This document shows, piece by piece, positions 60,147 through 64,000 of a DNA stretch of 64,000 bases (within the stretch, counting starts at the first letter, position 1; each line of letters begins with the position of its first letter). The DNA comes from Alphaproteobacteria bacterium (GTDB lineage: Bacteria > Pseudomonadota > Alphaproteobacteria > Bin98), in the NCBI GenBank assembly GCA_965261615.1, contig OZ253461.1, positions 1,395,994 through 1,459,993 of the forward strand. Reading direction: 5' to 3'. Below the pieces are notes generated by a model. The model was not told the DNA's origin and made no database searches. It worked only from the letters and a program-made list of their open reading frames with translations. A program made the translations under genes and the position numbers.

Positions 60147-61499
60147 TTACGCAATAAAGAATATTGATAGCCATAAAAAGAGGGCAAATCCCAAAATATC
60201 TGAGACCGCCATCACAAGCGGAGCCGCCCCCACAGTGGGGTCAAATCCCATACAGTGCACAGCCCAAGGGATAACAACTCCGCTACACGCGGAAAAACAC
60301 AGCTGGAATACTAAACTTGTAAATACCAAAAGTGCTAATCCGATATCGCCCAGCCATAAATAGACAACTGCCATTAAGCACCCGCCACTAATTATCCCTG
60401 AGCACAGGTTGATTCCCAACTCTCTTAAAATAATCGTAGGCACACCTCGCACTTGAAAGGTTTTCAGGGCAATACCACGAATAGCCACTGTCAGAACCTG
60501 TGTGCCAGCAGCTCCCCCGACAGACGAAACTAGCGTCATAAGAGCAGCTAGCACTCCTTTATACTCGAACACAACATGGTAATGTTCAATAACCAAGGCA
60601 CTCAGTAGAGCGTTGACCACCACGACCATCAGCCACAAAATACGTCTAAAGGCTTGCACACGAATAGGGGCACCATCATCCTGCTCAACAACACCGGCTA
60701 ATTTCAACAGGTTTTCTTCCGCCTCTTCTTCTGAAGCCTCAATAATGTTAACCGCGCTTACGACCCCCAAAAGACGGCCCTCTCCATCTTCAACAGGAAC
60801 GCTACTTAATCCATAGTGACGACACATATAAAGTAAATCTTGCTGAAAGGCGCTCGCCGCTATAGTACGTACCTCTCTGGCGATTTCGCGCATAAGAACT
60901 TTAGACTCATGTCGCATAAGAGATCCTACACTTGCCACCCCAATTAAGCGGTTTTTAAGGCTGACCACATAAATTTCCGTTAATTCTTCTTCTGGCTCTT
61001 TTAGATGTTGAATATGCTGCACAACTTCTTCAACACGCCAAAGCGCTGGAACAACTATCGCGCAGGTTTCCACAAGACGAGCGACTGTATCTTCAGGATA
61101 CGAGCTCATAGTTTTTAAAAGCTCACGGTGTTGTGGGGCAACTGTTTCGAAAACACGACGTTTTTCCTCCCAGTTCATAACATCCATAAGACTTAGGATG
61201 TCATCTGTTTCCCATTCGCTTAGTTCTTGAATACGCTCTGGAACATCCAGGGCTTGTACTAAAAGCTTTTTTTGGTGGTCTCCGACCTCAAGAAGGATAG
61301 TAAGGTTCAAAAAGTCGCGCGCTATCTCGGCAAAACTTTTCAATGAGCTATCACTCAATGCGGTAAGGAGGACTGCAAAGTCTTCCTGCGGCACTTCTTT
61401 AGAGATTAGCTCTAAGGCTTGAACGTCATGATGTTCAAGTGCGATTTCAAAGCGCTCCTGAGTAACCCCTAGAGTGTTTTTGCGTTCCCTCTCAACCAT
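60147..61499 (-). CDS. mgtE: Magnesium transporter MgtE
   Basis: MgtE N-domain, tandem CBS pair and a 5-TM C-terminal channel domain. 450 aa. Confidence 0.85.
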   Translation of the reverse strand: MVERERKNTLGVTQERFEIALEHHDVQALELISKEVPQEDFAVLLTALSDSSLKSFAEIARDFLNLTILLEVGDHQKKLLVQALDVPERIQELSEWETDDILSLMDVMNWEEKRRVFETVAPQHRELLKTMSSYPEDTVARLVETCAIVVPALWRVEEVVQHIQHLKEPEEELTEIYVVSLKNRLIGVASVGSLMRHESKVLMREIAREVRTIAASAFQQDLLYMCRHYGLSSVPVEDGEGRLLGVVSAVNIIEASEEEAEENLLKLAGVVEQDDGAPIRVQAFRRILWLMVVVVNALLSALVIEHYHVVFEYKGVLAALMTLVSSVGGAAGTQVLTVAIRGIALKTFQVRGVPTIILRELGINLCSGIISGGCLMAVVYLWLGDIGLALLVFTSLVFQLCFSACSGVVIPWAVHCMGFDPTVGAAPLVMAVSDILGFALFLWLSIFFIA

Positions 61500-61532
61500 A
61501 ACCCCTCTATCTCAAGACTACCACAGAAACCT

Positions 61533-61619
61533 TGGTGCGGTCGAGAAGATTTGAACTTCCACGATGCTTGCATCACAGCGCCCTCAACGCTGCGCGTCTA
61601 CCGATTCCGCCACGACCGC
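61533..61619 (-). tRNA. tRNA-Leu (anticodon GAG), long variable arm, CCA encoded
   Basis: The reverse complement is GCGGTCGTGGCGGAATCGGTAGACGCGCAGCGTTGAGGGCGCTGTGATGCAAGCATCGTGGAAGTTCAAATCTTCTCGACCGCACCA. Confidence 0.88.
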
Positions 61620-61626
61620 CTACCCG

Positions 61627-61635
61627 ATTATACCA
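61627..61635 (-). promoter_or_regulatory. Extended -10 element TGgTATAAT upstream of tRNA-Leu(GAG)/mgtE
   Basis: The minus strand reads ttaTGGTATAATcgggtag followed by the tRNA. The predicted TSS is 1 nt upstream of the mature 5' end. Confidence 0.5.
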
Positions 61636-61653
61636 TAAAAACCTTTCTTTCGT

Positions 61654-62298
61654 TTACCCCTCCAAAGCAGAAGGGCATAGCTGTTTTATGAGACAATTTT
61701 GGCAGTCTGGGGCCTGTGCTTTACAGGTGTACCGGCCATGAAGAATCAGCCAGTGATGCGCATTCTTTTTTTCTGGTCCAGACCAAATGGCGTCTAAATC
61801 TTTTTCAACGCCTAAAGGAGTTCCTGCAAATGATAATTGCAAGCGTTTTGCAACACGAAACACGTGTGTATCCACAGGAATTGTTGGTTTATCAAAGGCA
61901 ACATTTAGAACAACATTAGCTGTTTTACGCCCAACTCCCGGCAAAGACTCAAGATCTTCCAGAGTATCCGGAACTTGCCCATTAAATCTTTCAATGAGCT
62001 GGGCGCTCATTAATAAAACATTTTTGGCTTTTTGTTTATAAAGGCCAATACTGCTAATATGCTTTTGAAAAGACTCTAACCCCAAAGCAAGCATATCGCA
62101 AGGAGTACTAACAGTGGAAAAGACCTGGTCCGTACACTTGTTGACCTGGACATCTCTTGCTTGGGCTGAAAGTATAACCGCCACCAGCAACGTGTAGTGA
62201 TTATGGTAAGACAGCTCTGTTTCGGGCACAGGATTATGGCGCTGCCACGTTTGTATGATTTCCTGTGCCCTTTTGCGCTGTTTACTCTTTGTCTCCAT
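61654..62298 (-). CDS. nth: Endonuclease III (DNA-(apurinic/apyrimidinic site) lyase)
   Basis: HhH-GPD motif LPGVGRKTANVVLN and C-terminal 4Fe-4S loop CKAQAPDCQNCLIKQLC. Confidence 0.9.
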   Translation of the reverse strand: METKSKQRKRAQEIIQTWQRHNPVPETELSYHNHYTLLVAVILSAQARDVQVNKCTDQVFSTVSTPCDMLALGLESFQKHISSIGLYKQKAKNVLLMSAQLIERFNGQVPDTLEDLESLPGVGRKTANVVLNVAFDKPTIPVDTHVFRVAKRLQLSFAGTPLGVEKDLDAIWSGPEKKNAHHWLILHGRYTCKAQAPDCQNCLIKQLCPSALEG

Positions 62299-63415
62299 AG
62301 CGGAAGAAGGAGTTTACTTTTTTAAAGAAACTGCTTTGAGCACTTTCATGACCATTACTATCAAACTCTTTCAGCAATTCTTTTTGTTTTGCGGTAAGTT
62401 TTTTTGGTATCTCTACGACAATTTGCACATAGAGATCACCACGCACTCTAGACCCATAGCGCACAAATCCTTTACCTTTTAAGCGAAAACGCTCATCTGG
62501 CTGTGAACCCGCGGGGATAGAAAGACGTACACGCCCCCCATCAATTGTGGGAAGCTCTACAGAGCTGCCCAGCGCGGCCTGTGCAATAGAAACAGGAACT
62601 CGACATAAAATATGTTCCCCTTCACGCAAAAACAAATCATGTTCTTTTATGAATACAGCAACATGGAGGTCTCCAGGAGGCCCTCCATTTTGCCCTGCAT
62701 GTCCAGCGCCACTAACACGCAGTTGGGTTTCATGTTCGATGCCAGGAGGAATTTTAACAGAAAGCGTCTTACGTCCAAAAACGGCCCCGCGTCCTTGGCA
62801 TTGCCCACAGGGGTTTTTCACCACTTTTCCGGCACCATGACATGCACCACAGGTCTGCCTTAAAAGCATAAAACCACGCTGTATGTTTTGGCTACCTGTC
62901 CCTCGACACTGGGAGCACGTTTGAGTTTTACCGTCTTTAGATCCAGAGCTATTACAAGGCTGACATCCTACAAGAAGTTCAAGGTCAAGCTCCTTGCTAG
63001 CACCAGCAAAAGCTTCTTCTAAGGTCACAGTCACCTGTGTGGCCGCAACCTTACCTTGGTTGCGCCCACTGCCACGCTCACCAAAACCGCCACCAAAACT
63101 TGAAAAAATATCCTCAAAAAAGCTCTCAAAGCCTTCGCCACCGCCAAAGCCAGAAAATCCGTGAGATCCCCCGCCCCCTCCGGCACTTCCCATTTGCTCA
63201 TACTGTTGATGTCCGACTTGGTCGTACACCGAGCGTTTTTGGCTGTCGGAAAGCACGGCATAAGCTTCCTGTAGTTTTTGAAACTCTTTTTTTGCAGTTT
63301 CACTTGGGTTCTGGTCTGGATGTAGCTTCATTGCTTTTTTACGAAAGGCTTTTTTTATCTCAGCCTCCGAAGCGTCTTTTGCTACTCCAACAATACTGTA
63401 ATAGTCTTCTGCCAC
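62282..63415 (-). CDS. dnaJ: Molecular chaperone DnaJ
   Basis: J domain with HPD (KLHPDQN), G/F-rich linker, four CxxCxGxG zinc-finger repeats and a C-terminal substrate-binding domain. Confidence 0.95.
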   Translation of the reverse strand: MAEDYYSIVGVAKDASEAEIKKAFRKKAMKLHPDQNPSETAKKEFQKLQEAYAVLSDSQKRSVYDQVGHQQYEQMGSAGGGGGSHGFSGFGGGEGFESFFEDIFSSFGGGFGERGSGRNQGKVAATQVTVTLEEAFAGASKELDLELLVGCQPCNSSGSKDGKTQTCSQCRGTGSQNIQRGFMLLRQTCGACHGAGKVVKNPCGQCQGRGAVFGRKTLSVKIPPGIEHETQLRVSGAGHAGQNGGPPGDLHVAVFIKEHDLFLREGEHILCRVPVSIAQAALGSSVELPTIDGGRVRLSIPAGSQPDERFRLKGKGFVRYGSRVRGDLYVQIVVEIPKKLTAKQKELLKEFDSNGHESAQSSFFKKVNSFFRYGDKE

Positions 63416-63417
63416 GG

Positions 63418-64000
63418 CTATTCATCCTTTTTGATTTCTTCAAAATCTGCGTCTTGCGCCTCTGAGCCTTCTTTTTCCTCAGACTTATCATCAGATTGCT
63501 TGTCTTCTTTATCAGCCAAGGCAAACAAGGGTTGCACCGCTTGAAGTAAAGATTTAAGAGGCTCATCTAACGCCGTTTCTTCTTCCTTGGATAAAGCTTC
63601 CTTGACATCACTGATGGCTTTATCTAACGCTTCTTTTTCTTCTGGCTTCAGTTGATCCCCAAACTTTTCTTTTTTGGATTCAACATCATGCAATTGTGTT
63701 TCAGCCATGTTGCGCTTTTCGATTAATGTCCGCTTTTTCTGATCAGCTTCTCTATGCTCTTCTGCTTCACGAATCATACGTTCCACATCCGCCTTTTCTA
63801 CGGATGGGTTTTCAATGCGAATCCGCTGTTCTTTACCTGTTTTTTTATCAGAGGCGGAAACATTCACAATACCATTAGCATCAATGTCGAAGGTTACTTC
63901 TATTTGCGGTACACCACGTGGGGCTTTTTCAATATCCAAAAGGTCAAACTGTCCTAACAAGTTATTTTCACTTGCCATTTCACGCTCTCCTTGGAAAACA
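63418..64000 (-). CDS. dnaK: Molecular chaperone DnaK (C-terminal part; N-terminus beyond window end)
   Basis: The frame is open to the window edge. It shows ...[59 protein letters not shown]..., the helical lid and an acidic tail. Confidence 0.93.
   Translation of the reverse strand, partial: VFQGEREMASENNLLGQFDLLDIEKAPRGVPQIEVTFDIDANGIVNVSASDKKTGKEQRIRIENPSVEKADVERMIREAEEHREADQKKRTLIEKRNMAETQLHDVESKKEKFGDQLKPEEKEALDKAISDVKEALSKEEETALDEPLKSLLQAVQPLFALADKEDKQSDDKSEEKEGSEAQDADFEEIKKDE

Overview
This is a densely coding chromosomal window of about 64 kb with almost no non-coding DNA and many 1-4 nt or longer gene overlaps. It looks like a reduced-genome alphaproteobacterium, probably an obligate intracellular Rickettsiales/Holosporales-like organism. 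That placement is an inference from three points. First, synteny is alpha-typical: nuoN-birA-RNase J, rlpA-dacA-tmk-holB-tatD-MBL-apaG, and short-type proS-lolC-lolD. Second, the gene packing is tight. Third, dxr, pdxA, metG and coaX are missing from neighbourhoods where they normally sit. Housekeeping content: bamA-rseP-cdsA-uppS-frr-pyrH-tsf-rpsB, accD, RNase J, birA, ygfZ, dnaQ, surA-like, rsmA, apaG, tatD, holB, tmk, dacA-like, rlpA, yceD, mlaFE, lolCD, proS, pgeF, gmk, trxB, nfu, pepP, trx, rluC-like, xseB, mgtE, nth, dnaJ and partial dnaK. There are six tRNA genes: Val-GAC, Leu-CAA, Pro-TGG, fMet-CAT, Ser-TGA and Leu-GAG. I saw no CRISPR array, transposase, integrase, prophage or rRNA. 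The most unusual content is as follows. (1) A complete nuoA-N operon of 13 intact, coupled ORFs sits at its native locus. It is shrunken, fast-evolving, and by eye lacks the N2 cluster ligands, the N5 cluster motif, the FMN loop consensus and the quinone-ligand residues. NuoH/L/M/N are miniaturised. (2) A textbook alternative oxidase (AOX) is embedded in a tRNA-Leu/yqaA/aox/accD transcription unit. (3) Two adjacent signal-peptide-bearing orphan proteins are present. One is a 774-aa hyper-charged coiled-coil protein with a 9-proline run followed by an acidic tryptophan motif that resembles Arp2/3-activator mimics. (4) A 5.3 kb block encodes five exported orphan proteins made of two paralogous pairs plus a small internally duplicated protein. 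(5) An exported GNAT acetyltransferase is present. (6) An unlisted 54-aa zf-CHCC (NDUFS6-like) ORF is present. (7) Ribosomal protein S2 carries 10 x 14-aa AKPAAAKAKTES repeats and RNase J carries an RGG tail. (8) A recurrent TGnTATAAT extended -10 promoter is positioned so that several tRNAs and several mRNAs would be essentially leaderless. All functional calls come from reading the translated ORFs and recognising motifs by eye. No database search was possible.
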